Part shown: piece by piece, positions 42,901-55,400 of the stretch
Layout of the letters: each line of letters begins with the position of its first letter
Position numbering within the stretch: position 1 is the stretch's first letter
Source of the DNA: the human T2T-CHM13v2.0 reference genome, Homo sapiens
Reading direction: 5' to 3' (one strand)
Assembly: GCF_009914755.1 (NCBI RefSeq)
Contig: NC_060925.1
Length of the DNA stretch: 64,000 nucleotides
Notes under the pieces: model-generated
The model's database searches: none
Seen by the model: only the letters and a program-made list of their open reading frames with translations
Told to the model about the DNA's origin: nothing
Program-made: the position numbers and the translations under genes

Positions 42901-44795
42901 AAAACCTTAGATGTCTACCTGGTGTTCTATTGTATTGCAGATATGCTGGCACCCAAACCACATGACACAGTCCTTCCCACTCTTGCCTCCCCTTTCCAAA
43001 GGCAAAAGAGCCTCACTCAGTAGTTACCAGCCAATGTTCCCTTAGGCCCAAGATCTCCTAAGTTAGCTTGTGGTGAATGCTGCCTGGCCTGGGACTCACC
43101 CTTTAAGGCAGTGGGCTCCTGTTTGGCCCAGGGCAGGTAGATAAATGTCATTCAAGAGTCAAGTCTTGGAGACAGATTCTCCAAGAGCTTGCTTGGTGCT
43201 CTGCCCCCCTGTGACTGTGCTGATATCTAAGGTGCAAGACAAAGGTCCCTTTACTTTTCTTTCTGATTTTCTCAAGCTAAAGAAGTTTTGCCCCATAGCC
43301 ACCACAGCTAAAAATGTGCTGAGTCTCACCTGAAGCCAGCAAGTCTCATAGGCTCACCAAAGTTCTCCACATAGTAACTGAGTATTGCTGCTTTTTGTAC
43401 AGGGCCCAAGGGCTCTTTGGTTAGCCGGTGATAAATGCTGCCAAGACTAGGTTCTTTCCTTCAAGGCAGCAGGTTAGGTTCCCTTCTGGCCCCAGGTGTG
43501 TTTAGAAATGTCATCTGAGAGCCAGGGCATGGAACAAGGGCCTCACAAGTCTGTCTGGTCCCCTATCCTGCTGGGGCTGAGCTTGTATCCAAGATGCAAG
43601 ACAAAGTCCTCTTCACTCTTCCCTCTCATCTTCCAAAGCAGAAGGAAGGGGTCTCATTTGGACCACCTGGGGTTAGAGGAGGGATGTTGCCAGCACTCCC
43701 TTAGCTGCCCCAGCTGGTGTTTCAGTATGTCATATGTCCCACAAGTCCACTGTCTCTTGACCTAGTTCAGCACTAGGACTCACCTAAGAGTTGCAGTCAT
43801 TCTGACCTGGACAATCTTTCAAGTTTACTCAGAAACACAGAGAACTTTAGCCCTCTGTGGTGAGGTTTGCAGACCCTCAAGTTTGGACCACTGGATCAGT
43901 GATTCCCCTCTGCTATGACTGGCTTAAATGCTCCATCTGTGGGCAGGCATCAGCTGAGTTTGCTCCAGCTTTCCTTTCTGCTCTCACAGGCCAGTACTGA
44001 GTTCAGTGCCTCCCAACTGCTGTGTTCTCCTTCCCCCAGGGCCCAGAGATGCTTTCAACACCACATCACTGTTGCTGGGAGTGCATTGGAGATTCTAGAC
44101 TGTTTTTTCTATCTCTTTAGTACCTCTTTCAGGGATGTGAAGTTGAAACCAGGTACTATGAGTGCTCACCTGAATATTGGTTCTTATGAGAGTGTTTTTT
44201 TTGTTTGTTTGTTTGTTTTGTTTTTTGTTTTTTCTGTGTAGACGATTGTTAACTTGGTGTCCTGGCTGGGGGTGGAGGATGATCAGCATAGCCTTCTATT
44301 CCACTATCTTGCTCCACCTCCATATGGCTTTTTAAATGAGTCCATGAACAAAATGACCATGGTGGAGACTGCATACACTTGACAATGTAGTCTTTCTCTT
44401 AGCAAAGCTAATCTGAATGCCTAATCTGCCAAAAGCAGAGATTAATGAGTTTTCAATATTTCATTATTCCTAGGAGTCTAGGCAGCCACCTGAATAGGGT
44501 TGATTATTTTCAACCCTTTTTGCCACAGTTGGGGTTGTATGTTGTATTTTTATAAGAACTTGAAGCACATCTATCAACACCAACATTCATAGATTTAAAT
44601 TATCTCTCGTGTGTTACTATTTCATCTCACATCTATCCTATCTGATTAGAAGACACACTACAGGAAAGGCAGTTGATCAAGACACACATGCCAAGGGTAT
44701 TCACTAGTCTTAACACATTCTCTGTGACCCCAAATTAGTTGAGTCGATAGAATGATGGAATGCTCTGCTGAAAGCTCAGTTATGATGTCAGGTTA
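36965..44795 (+). mobile_element. Ancient ERV-L internal region (pro-RT-RNaseH-integrase), split by an L1MA
   Basis: Decayed peptides PQRDLW..RVTIHWAKGSNQ (ERV-L protease region) and HYMDN at 37792-37806 (RT YxDD position); WFT (RNaseH); after 44320, integrase-like HEQNDHGG and IE*WNALLKAQL. Confidence 0.8.
39176..44320 (-). mobile_element. L1MA1-3-like element with both termini and a large internal deletion
   Basis: 3' UTR at 39176; 5' start GAGGTGGAGCAAGATAGTGGAATAGAAGG at 44320; TSD CATAT(T/G)GCTTTTT (39168-39180, 44321-44333); ORF2-to-ORF1 jump near 41575. Confidence 0.9.
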
Positions 44796-44879
44796 CAAAT
44801 AACTTACCAGTTGGCAAATGTGTTATTCTTTTCCTCATTTTAACTGAGCAAGTAAAATTCATAAAGGTTGTTTCTTGAT

Positions 44880-45260
44880 ATATCCATTAGATGCCATAAC
44901 TGCAATATTAATTAAAATCTAAAATTTTAAATTTATAATCCTTTGGCATTTAAAATATCTCTCCAAATTTTACCCATCTATCTGTTAAACTTTATCTTCC
45001 ATGACCACTTTCAAAAGATTCTGTGTTTTGTTCTCATTAAAGTACTTAATTATTCTGCAAAAAGTATTTATTGCACACCTGTTGTGCTTCAAACAGCCTG
45101 TGAGTTGCCAAGGATACAGAAATAAAATATGTGTTTCCTACCTTCAAGGAACACACACTTTAGTGTGTAAACTATCAGTCTGCATGAATGTAAGCATGCT
45201 ATTACTTGCTTCATTCAACAAATATTTACCTAACTTTGGCAGAGTGAAGATATTGTCATA
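44880..45260. mobile_element. L2 fragments
   Basis: TTCATTCAACAAATATTTA and CCTACCTTCAAGGAACACACAC motifs. Confidence 0.5.
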
Positions 45261-46094
45261 ACCTACATACATAAACCATAATTTTATGAGCTAACATTAA
45301 GAGATAAACAGGAAACATATACGGTAGAATATGATAAATGACCAAGAGTAACACAGTGTGAAAATATGTAAATTATATCAAGCTATTCATGTTGCCAGTT
45401 TCTGACTATTTGGGATGAAATATATTTTTTTGTGATAAGAAAGGGCGTTTGATATGTGTCCATTTGATATGTCATGCCTATCAGTTATAAATGGCAAAAC
45501 ACGACTTTGAAGAAGACTAACACACTCTTTTTAAATTTTAACCTGTTGACATCTGTCAAATAACTTATCATTTAACCCAGTTTATATATAGGGTGATTGC
45601 TTGTTTTCTCCTGATGTTTTTTCTTTTTAAATTGATAAAACAGGAATAATGATTGATGACTTTTTCTTTCCAAATGATAGAAAATAAAGAAACTTCCATA
45701 TAACTTTCAAGTCTTAATGCAACATAACCGCTTAAGTTATTAATATAGCTCAACTGGATTTCTTTTTAAGTATTCTGAAAATGGAATTTGATAGAAAAGA
45801 TGTGGGAGAGAAAACGGAATTTCCATGATCCAGGGAGAAACTTTGTCCTAATGGGGGGAAAAATAATGAGCATATTTAGACTATTGAGTCATTGTGGGTG
45901 GAGTTGTGGAGGAGGAATTGCAAACTAATGTTTTTTGTATAAGCTCTAAATTGGAAGGACTATGTGTGAACATTTATTACTTATACTTTGAACATTAATA
46001 CCATTAGAATCAGAATCGAAAATACTAACTTAAAATGTACATTAGGAAACATGCAGTATGCACAACAGGCAACATGTAGTATGCACAACAGGCA

Positions 46095-46325
46095 ATAGTT
46101 AAAGCTTTCATTCTTTTGGAAAACTCTACTATAGGCCATGTACTTTTCCATGTGCTTATATATATGAATTCATACATTATGCACAACTTTGTAAGAAAAT
46201 TGCCATTATTATCTTTACTTAATAGAAGAAAAAATTAAAGCACAAAGAGATTAAATAACTTGTCCAAAATGTCAAAGCCAGATAATTTGGCCACAAAGCC
46301 AAGATCTTAGCACTAATGCCATAGT
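46095..46325 (-). mobile_element. MIR
   Basis: AAAGCACAAAGAGATTAAATAACTTGTCCAAAATGTCA core. Confidence 0.65.
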
Positions 46326-47985
46326 ACAGAAACACTTCAAGATGAATCTTGGATTTGATGACTGATTTCTCTCTCTCCATATTTTTATTATTACTGAGAT
46401 TATAAAACCATAGCAGTTATCTGATTTAATATTATAAGTTGCTGTTTTATTCTTTATGTTAAACTAAGCTATTCCACAGTCTTATGACACACTACGAAAT
46501 ACGTTTATGCTTGTGCAAGTTTCCTATAAACCATTTGAGTCTTTGGCAATGCCACTAATAACAGAAACAATTTTTATTTGAGTATTTTAAGATTTTTTAA
46601 AATAGGTGATAACATCTGACTTGACATTTTCTTTCTCACTTTTCTGTAATTAACCTCTGTAAAAGTAACGAATAATTTCTAAGAATCTGTTTTCTGGCCA
46701 CTGTTCTGAATACTTTAGTGAACTACCTAGTTTGAGACTCAATGCCATTTCTTTATTGTCTCATTTAATTTATTTATTCATGTACAGAGTGATTACACTA
46801 ACTTTAAGTTGTGGAGCCTTTACTTTGTCAAAGCACTTATCTTCTTTCTATTTCTAGTCTTACTATTTGTCTTCTGCACTTCAGTGTTTTATTGAAACTT
46901 TCCTATTATCTTTGTTTGTTTATCATTTGACTAGCCTAGATTTCTTTTTATTTTCAGATCTCATACCTTCAAGTCTATTATATTTCTACAACAATTTTCT
47001 TATCTATTGAGAATTTTTAGTTGGGTATCATTAATTTTGAATTTCTAGCACTTAGCACATAAGCATTTGTGAATTTAAATCATGGATGTTATACAATTGA
47101 AAAATAAAAAGTTAAATATGTAGACAATTGAAGTGATCATTTTTTTAAACAGAACTATCTTCAACTTCTCTACTTTTGTAATGTACCAATAACCAAAATC
47201 AAATATTAATCTTCTAGTTTTACTTTCTATTCAAATATGGTAATTTGAATTTATATTTATATTTTCACTTACCAATGTATTTTTATATATATATATTATT
47301 ATATTGTATATAATTATATGTAATTTATATATAATATATAATTTTGCTGTTTGGACTCTAGTTTTTAGATCCTCATTATTTCTGACACTAACTTTATCCT
47401 GAATATGCTTATATTTATTTTTATGATTCCAGATTCTCTTCCATTTAACTTATTTTGTATATTTATGTCAGATAAATCTCCACCAAGTATGAAAATGTCA
47501 AACACTTACTCAAAATGCTTAAATAATTCTAATTCCTTTCCAGGGCTATGCCAGGAAAAGAACCAGCAAGGCATTTGTAATGAAAAACAATTTTTTATCT
47601 TTTATTTCAATAAGGAATTTCAGAGCCTTTCAGTAAATACTGTCTTGACAATTCCCAAATGGTGATAGTTATAAACATATTTTTACTAATTTTAACTACA
47701 TTAGCTAATAAGAAGAAATTTATTTCAAATATAATTAGATGCATGCTATTAGACATCAAAGCCAAAGTCAACCTTTTAAAGTAAACACTCATGATAAAAA
47801 CTGGGCAAAACAGCTTATAGTTTTATAAGCTGGTTTCATCATTACTGGTATGAAAAATAAAAAGTTAAATACATGGAGAACTGAAATAATCTTTTCTTTC
47901 TAGACAGAACTGTCCAACTTCTCTAGTTGTGTAACTTATACCAATACTGTTTTTGTATAATTATGGAAGCTATATTTAACTAATA

Positions 47986-48303
<318 letters not shown>

Positions 48304-48306
48304 AAA

Positions 48307-48348
<42 letters not shown>
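48304..48348. repeat. (AAAT)n microsatellite
   Basis: Directly visible, about 11 units. Confidence 0.95.
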
Positions 48349-48354
<6 letters not shown>

Positions 48355-49190
48355 TATGACACGAGTCACCTGTATTTGTTTATTCACTTATAAAGCATAT
48401 GTTTGATATTAAAACATACCAATTAAAATAATCTCTACAAACTATTTTCATTTACCAATTTAATTAACAAAATAGAATAGGAAGAAAAAAATTGACTGTC
48501 ATGTATAATAGAGCTTAAACTTAATAGACTGGAGATAACATTCTTAACTTGCTAAATACATGAAATAAAAAATTATTTAATATAGTCACTTTAACTAAAA
48601 TAAATTACATCTTGACTTATAGTATAATTTCTATTAATAATTGATTGGACACGTGGTATTTGTTTTCTCAAAATGGAGATATGAAATTCTACAAAGCAGG
48701 ACAATCCTCATTATGGAGGCTTTCATGGAACACACAACTAGTCTCATGCTTATATATGGGTTACATTATAAAAGTTTATTTTTACACTAGATCTTGGATG
48801 TAATCATGCTTTGCATGAAGGAAAGATACTGTATTTTCCCAACTAACCTACAGACAACCGAAATTTATATTCACATGTGACAGGATTTCCAGCAGTGGCC
48901 TGGGAAAATGAGAAAGAAATCCTGTTCAGGAAATGGGATTGGCAAGAACTATCTCACTCAAATAATCCAGGCTCACTCTCTGGATTTGGAGCAATGTGTA
49001 TTTGGACAACATTTGTTGAGTTATACCCCAGAAGGTTTTTTAAAAACTATGTACCTCCCCACCCATTTTAAAATTGACAAATAAACAACTAAATTAAGAG
49101 CTAAAGATTTAAATGTTGCAGTGTCAATGCTCTTGATGTCACAGAGGACAACATTGAATTGAAAAATATCAATTTAAAAGTATGAGCTGA

Positions 49191-49504
<314 letters not shown>

Positions 49505-51797
49505 CTAAAAAAGGACTCAGAAGAGTTGTACTGTAAATATGAAGATGATATAGAAAGTATGTAAGCAATTGTTTTTAATGAATTTTTATACGCAAGAGTG
49601 AACTATGATAAAATATGTGTAACGTATTAACTAAGTTAAAATATCTCAGTAAGTATAAATAAACATTCTAGATGATTAGAATAGATTGTATGGTAGTTTA
49701 GTTGGCAGCTTGTATTTCATGTTATTGGTGCTTCATAATTAATGGGGTGATTTGTAATCTATGGCATTTTAGATGTTATGAAATAGGCACTTCCCTCTAG
49801 TAGCTGTGCAAGGGATAGACTTGAGAGGCTGACCTAAATTGGATATTAAAAAAATTCAAATAAAGAACTCTTGTAATAGTCTAGGTGAGAGATAGTGGTA
49901 AGCCCCAATTAGGGGCAGTGGGGGCTATGGGGATTTGGATGAATAGAACAAGGCATATCTGAGAGAGCTATGAAGGAAGTAAAATGTTTTTAAAAATAGC
50001 GATATGTTTATGTGTCATAAGAGAGATAAAAAAGATTGAAGAAAAACTTCCTGGACCATTAATAATTCTTGGTATATTGTTAAAATAGTATATTATGTTT
50101 AAAGTGTTAAATATCTATAAGTAAATAGTAAAAGAGGAAGTCTATAATCAGAAAATGAAAACTAAACACAAAATTGTATGTGATACTGATTATAGTAATG
50201 CTTATTCAAAGATAGGCATAAGAGGAGTCATAGAGATCAATACAACAGTGTGTTTTGGCAAGGGATTTCTTTGTATTTTTTGTCCTTCTTTTACTTTTCA
50301 GGCAGTTAATCATGTGCAAAGCATATTCACCAAGGGCAATATTGGAATAAGGCTATGGGATATGTTAAGAAAACATTTAAATATTAATCTAACTTCATTC
50401 ACCTGTAGATTACTACTGTAGCCTTTTATTTGGAAATAAATAATGAACACTCTTTAAGGGTCTCTTGTTACGTGATCTAAATAATCTCAGTAAGCTTTGC
50501 CTATTTATAAGTTTGTAAAATGTTAAAATAGAAATAAGTTAAAAGAAAGCTACATTCTCTAATCATTTTCTTGTGTCCTTGAGTTTTTATAACATACATT
50601 TAATTTAAATTTTTAATTATTTTATAATAGAAATGTTTCTAAGTCCTAGTTTGATGTTTATAGCCTTGTTTCATTAGATTGTGGAATATCCCTCTAGCTA
50701 AAATGACATGCATGGTTTGACACTTTATTCCCACATTATACTAAGTCATATTGATCAACTGGATATTCTTCTGGCTGGGGCATTAGCCATTGTTTCCTAA
50801 TGAGCAGTATAAACAGCCAACGTTCTGTTCACTGTTAAAAATTTCCCAGTCCTTTGATGAAAATATAATACGATTTACTCACTACGCACATCTGGCTAAG
50901 AGGTTTGCAGATTTCTTTGGGCCTGAAACTCACTCATTGCTATGTTAGTTTGTGTAATAACTCACTTTTCTCATACAGTTTCTTATGCTGTAAAGTAAGA
51001 TACATTTAAACAGTTACAGTAAGTTTTAAAGGCTAAATAATTGATAGTGCAGTAATATGTGCATTAAGCACTGTTATTCTGAGAGAACTTACACAATTTA
51101 ATAGAAAATGAGGACTCCTCATTTAAAAACACATATTTTTTTTCTGAGGTACAAAAATATGAGGGTTGTCTGAATGGCCATGAGAATGGAACCATGCCAC
51201 TTAGAAAAATTTGGGGACTGATTTCAATTCAGCCCTTTATTGTCCAATCTTGTCTTTGTTATTTTGGCAAAGATTCACATTACTAAAACCTATTAGGGTT
51301 ATTATTTTCTTTTCATCTACTCTACTATTTTATCTTTGGGGAAAAAAAGGAACCTTGTTACTACATATTTGACCCTCTTAAGAAAAATGGTTAATATGCC
51401 ATAATTTTGTCTTTAGTGTTTTCTGTGACTTGCACCATATTTAGTTCCCACAGTGCTTGATTATAGCAAATTCAAGATATTTTCACATTCAAAGTAGATG
51501 GATAATTCTTAATAATCTCCAAAGTGCTTGCATAGTCACAAACAGTAATGTTCTTTCAATAAGGGTACCATTTCGATAGACTTTTTGACAGAAAAAAACA
51601 CAACAGGGAAGATAAAAATTTATCAAATTTTGTTTTTTCTTTTAGATATAAATCAATGTTTTAAAACTTCTCCTGCTTTTATAAGAGCTATTAATACACA
51701 ATGGTTTTTTTCCTAAGCAGGGGTCTTAATTTTGATTGAAAACTTTGAGAATTTTGAATATAATAGGAGAAGCAATTATACATATGGAAAATAAGAC

Positions 51798-52160
51798 TGT
51801 ATTAGTCCATTTCATGCTGCTGATAAAAACATACCCGAGACTGGGCAATTTACAAAATAAAGAGTTTATTGGACTTACTGTTCCACATGGCTGGGGAGGC
51901 CTCGCAATCATGATGGAAAGCAAGGAAAAGCCAGTCACATCTTACGTGGATGGCAGCAGGCAAAGAGAGAGTTTGTCCAGGGAAACTTCCGTTTTTAAAA
52001 CCACCAGATCTCCTGAGACCCATTCACTATCACGAGAACAACACAGGGAAGACACAACGCCATGATTCAATCATCTCCCACCAGGTCCCTCCAACAACAC
52101 ATGGGAATTATGGGAGCCACAAATGAGATTTGAGTGGGGACACAGAACCAAACAATATCA
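51798..52160 (-). mobile_element. THE1 LTR
   Basis: TGTATTAGTCC...CCAAACAATATCA; TSD AAGAC/GAGAC. Confidence 0.92.
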
Positions 52161-52467
52161 GAGACCAAAATTCAAGAATTGCTGTTAAAAATGTGTAGTT
52201 TTCTAATGCTACATGCAAGAAGGAATGAAGGTGACACAAGCAAAATTTGGATGCCTATTACACCTCAGATTTTTTTTTGAGGTGCTTTGATGCTTTGATA
52301 TTTTGGAATATTTTATAATATTGACTATGATCCATTGTTTAGGAAACTGAATTATATGTCAAATGTGCTAATACTATAATTTAAAGGGTATCAAATATTT
52401 TTCTAAAAAGTAAAAAAAAGTTTTATTCAATTTGTTGCAAATTTAGAATGTCTCAAACTGTGACAGT

Positions 52468-55400
52468 AGGAGGGGGCTTCAAGATGGCTGATTAGAGGCA
52501 CCTGGCACTTGCCTCCTCCCGAAAAAAGGAGCAAAACAGCAAATAGATAATCATACACCGAATAGATTATCTAAGAGAGAACACAATAATTCAGCAGGGA
52601 AGTGGCAAAGTACCTCTAAGGCACAGAAGGGGGCAGAAGCAAAGCAACCAGCCCAGCTGGAATTGGTCAGAGACAGGAGAAACTACCTAGTGTGGGAAGA
52701 ATGTAAGTGAGAAGTCACCAGTGTTCCACATTCCTACTGTGCTGCAATCCTAGCCATGGGAGAGCCCCTTGGCTCTCATGGGCCCTGAGACTAGTATTGG
52801 GAGCTGTACAGAGTTCACATGATGATATTGGTCCAGAGAGGGAGTCTGCACTAGGTTCCAAACACCAACTGAGACCAAAAACAGCTGCAGCATTGTGATA
52901 TTTTGAGAGCACAGCCGCCACCGGACTACATCCTGCCCTTGGGCCTAACAGCCTCTGCATCTCCAAATCCCTGGAGACTCACTAACATCCCCTTATGTCC
53001 ACCTAGAAGGCTGCAACATTATGACAACAGCTGGACCTAGCAGTGCTGCCAGGTCCCCAGCACTGCAATCTATGTAGTGTCCTACATCCCAGGAAATGGT
53101 TAATGAAGTGAACTGGGGAGCCTGTCCCTGGGACAAAGGGAACTGAAGCATATTGTCTTCAGAGCCTGAGAGCTACCTTCCTGGGGCCACTGGCACTGAC
53201 GGCAACCCTCCTAAGGCCTGGGGACTAGTCCACCCAGGTGCCCTTCTAGGCCTAAAGACATGTCTTCCATGCCCACTGCCATTACTGCCACCATGCCACC
53301 TAGGGGTCTGGGGATCAATCCACCCACTTGCTACAGTTGGTGCTCACACACACCATCAGGTGGACTATCACCACCTCCAGAAGTGCCTGCATATGTAGTC
53401 CAGGGGGTAGGGGATCCACCCACTCTACCCACCACAGCCTGTGTTCATGTGCACCATCAGGGGCCTGAGGACAGGCCTGCCCCACCCACTACCCCTCTCT
53501 CCAGGGACTGTGCATAATGTCTGAGAGTCTGGTGACTGACCTGTTCTGGTTGTCATTGTGGACCCGTGCAGGCAAACCCATTCATCACCAGTGGTCAATT
53601 GCACCGTACAGGAGTCTGAGGAAACACACACCCCACTTGGCACTGCCCCTACCAGTCTTTGTACATGTCATCTAGTAGCCTGGGAATTTACTCTCCCTGC
53701 CTGCTGCTACTAGTTATAACACACCAGTTATGGGACTTCCCTGTGTGATGTTGCCTGCATACATTACCAGGGGCCTGAGTATTGACCCGTGCTGTCTGTT
53801 GAGGCCTGCACCCGTGAACCATCAAGGAGCCTGATGAGGCCAGGCACGATGGCTCACACCTGTAATCCCAGCATTTTGGAAGGCCAAAGTGGGTGGATCA
53901 CCTGAGGTCAGGAGTTCGAGGCCACCCTGGCCAACATGGCGAAACCACATCTCTACTAAAAATACAAAAGTTGGGCGTGGTAGTGGGTGCCTGTAATCCC
54001 AGCTCCTTGGGAGGCTGAGGCAATAGTATAGCTTGAACCCAGGAGGCAGAGGTTGCAGTGAGCTGAGATTGCACCACCACACTTCAGCCTGTGTGACAGA
54101 GTGAGACTCCATCTCAAAAACAAACAAATAAAAAAAGAGCCTGATGACAGCTCTGCCCTGCTTCTTCCCCCTCTGCTAGTACCCACATTCATCTTCCAGG
54201 GACCTAGGGAATGACCAACATCAGCCACCACTGCTAACACTCATGCATGCCTTCCAGGGACTTGCTTGCTTCCAGGGACAAATTTCCATGATGGGCTTGC
54301 CCAGCATGCTACAACCAACGCAGCCAGCACCCACCCATATGCACACACCCTGCATGGGGGCCTGGGTACCAGGCTGTACAGCTTGCTGTTATTACCACTG
54401 GTGCCCATGCATGTCACCTGGGAGACCAAAGGTTAGCTCACCACTGCTACTGCCATCACTGATATGACATACTCCATCCAGAGGCCTGAGGATCTGTCCA
54501 CCTACCTGGCTCACTACTGCCAGTGCCAGCATCTGAGCAAGCTGTCTGGAGGCCCAAGGATTAACCTGCCTGGACCTGCTACCACTGGTTTGTTTGTATG
54601 ATGTCCAGGGGCCCAAGAGCCAACACACTCAGTCCACTGCCACCACCACTGGGACCTGAGGATTGGCCCACCTGGCGTCCCCATCCCCAGCAAAGCCTCA
54701 TCATAGCCTCCACTAACAACCACACCCTAAGCCACTGAAGAACTCACAGACAACACTAACACTGATTACAGCTGAAGAAATTGTAACACTGCTACACTAC
54801 ACTGTATGCATATGCATACAACACTACCTCATTCACTGAGAAGCAAAGTGAAAGCACCCTACCAAAACAATAATATAGATACATCTATAGGAAAACATCT
54901 TACCCTATGAAAGCCAATCCATAGAACTGGAAGAAATGACTGTTAAACCAGATGTGCTGATATCTCAAAAACACAACAAACATAAAAAAGCAAGGAAATA
55001 TGACACCTTCAGGAGAACAAAATAATTATTCAGCAACAGATTCCAATGGGAAATAAATCTGTGAAATGTTTGAAATGGAATTCAAATTAGTAATATTAAG
55101 AATAGTGAAATATAAGAGAACATAGAAAAATATAAAAGAAATGAGAAAAGCCATTCATGATTTGAGTAAGAAATTCACTAGCAAAATGGATATTCTAAAA
55201 AAGAACCAAACAGAAATCCTGGAAATGAAAAATTCAATGAGTGAAAAAAATACAATCAAGGGCTTCAATCACAGACTAAATAAGCAGAAGAAAAAATTTT
55301 TGAACTTTAAACAAGTGTTTTGAAATAACCTTGTCAGATAAAACCAACCAATCAACAAACAAAAAGCTAAAAAAGAAAGAGTAGAACCTGTGTGACATAT

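Noticed and set aside
46925-46960. Polypyrimidine tract plus CAG acceptor-like site
   Set aside because: No supportable exon or donor downstream in very AT-rich DNA.
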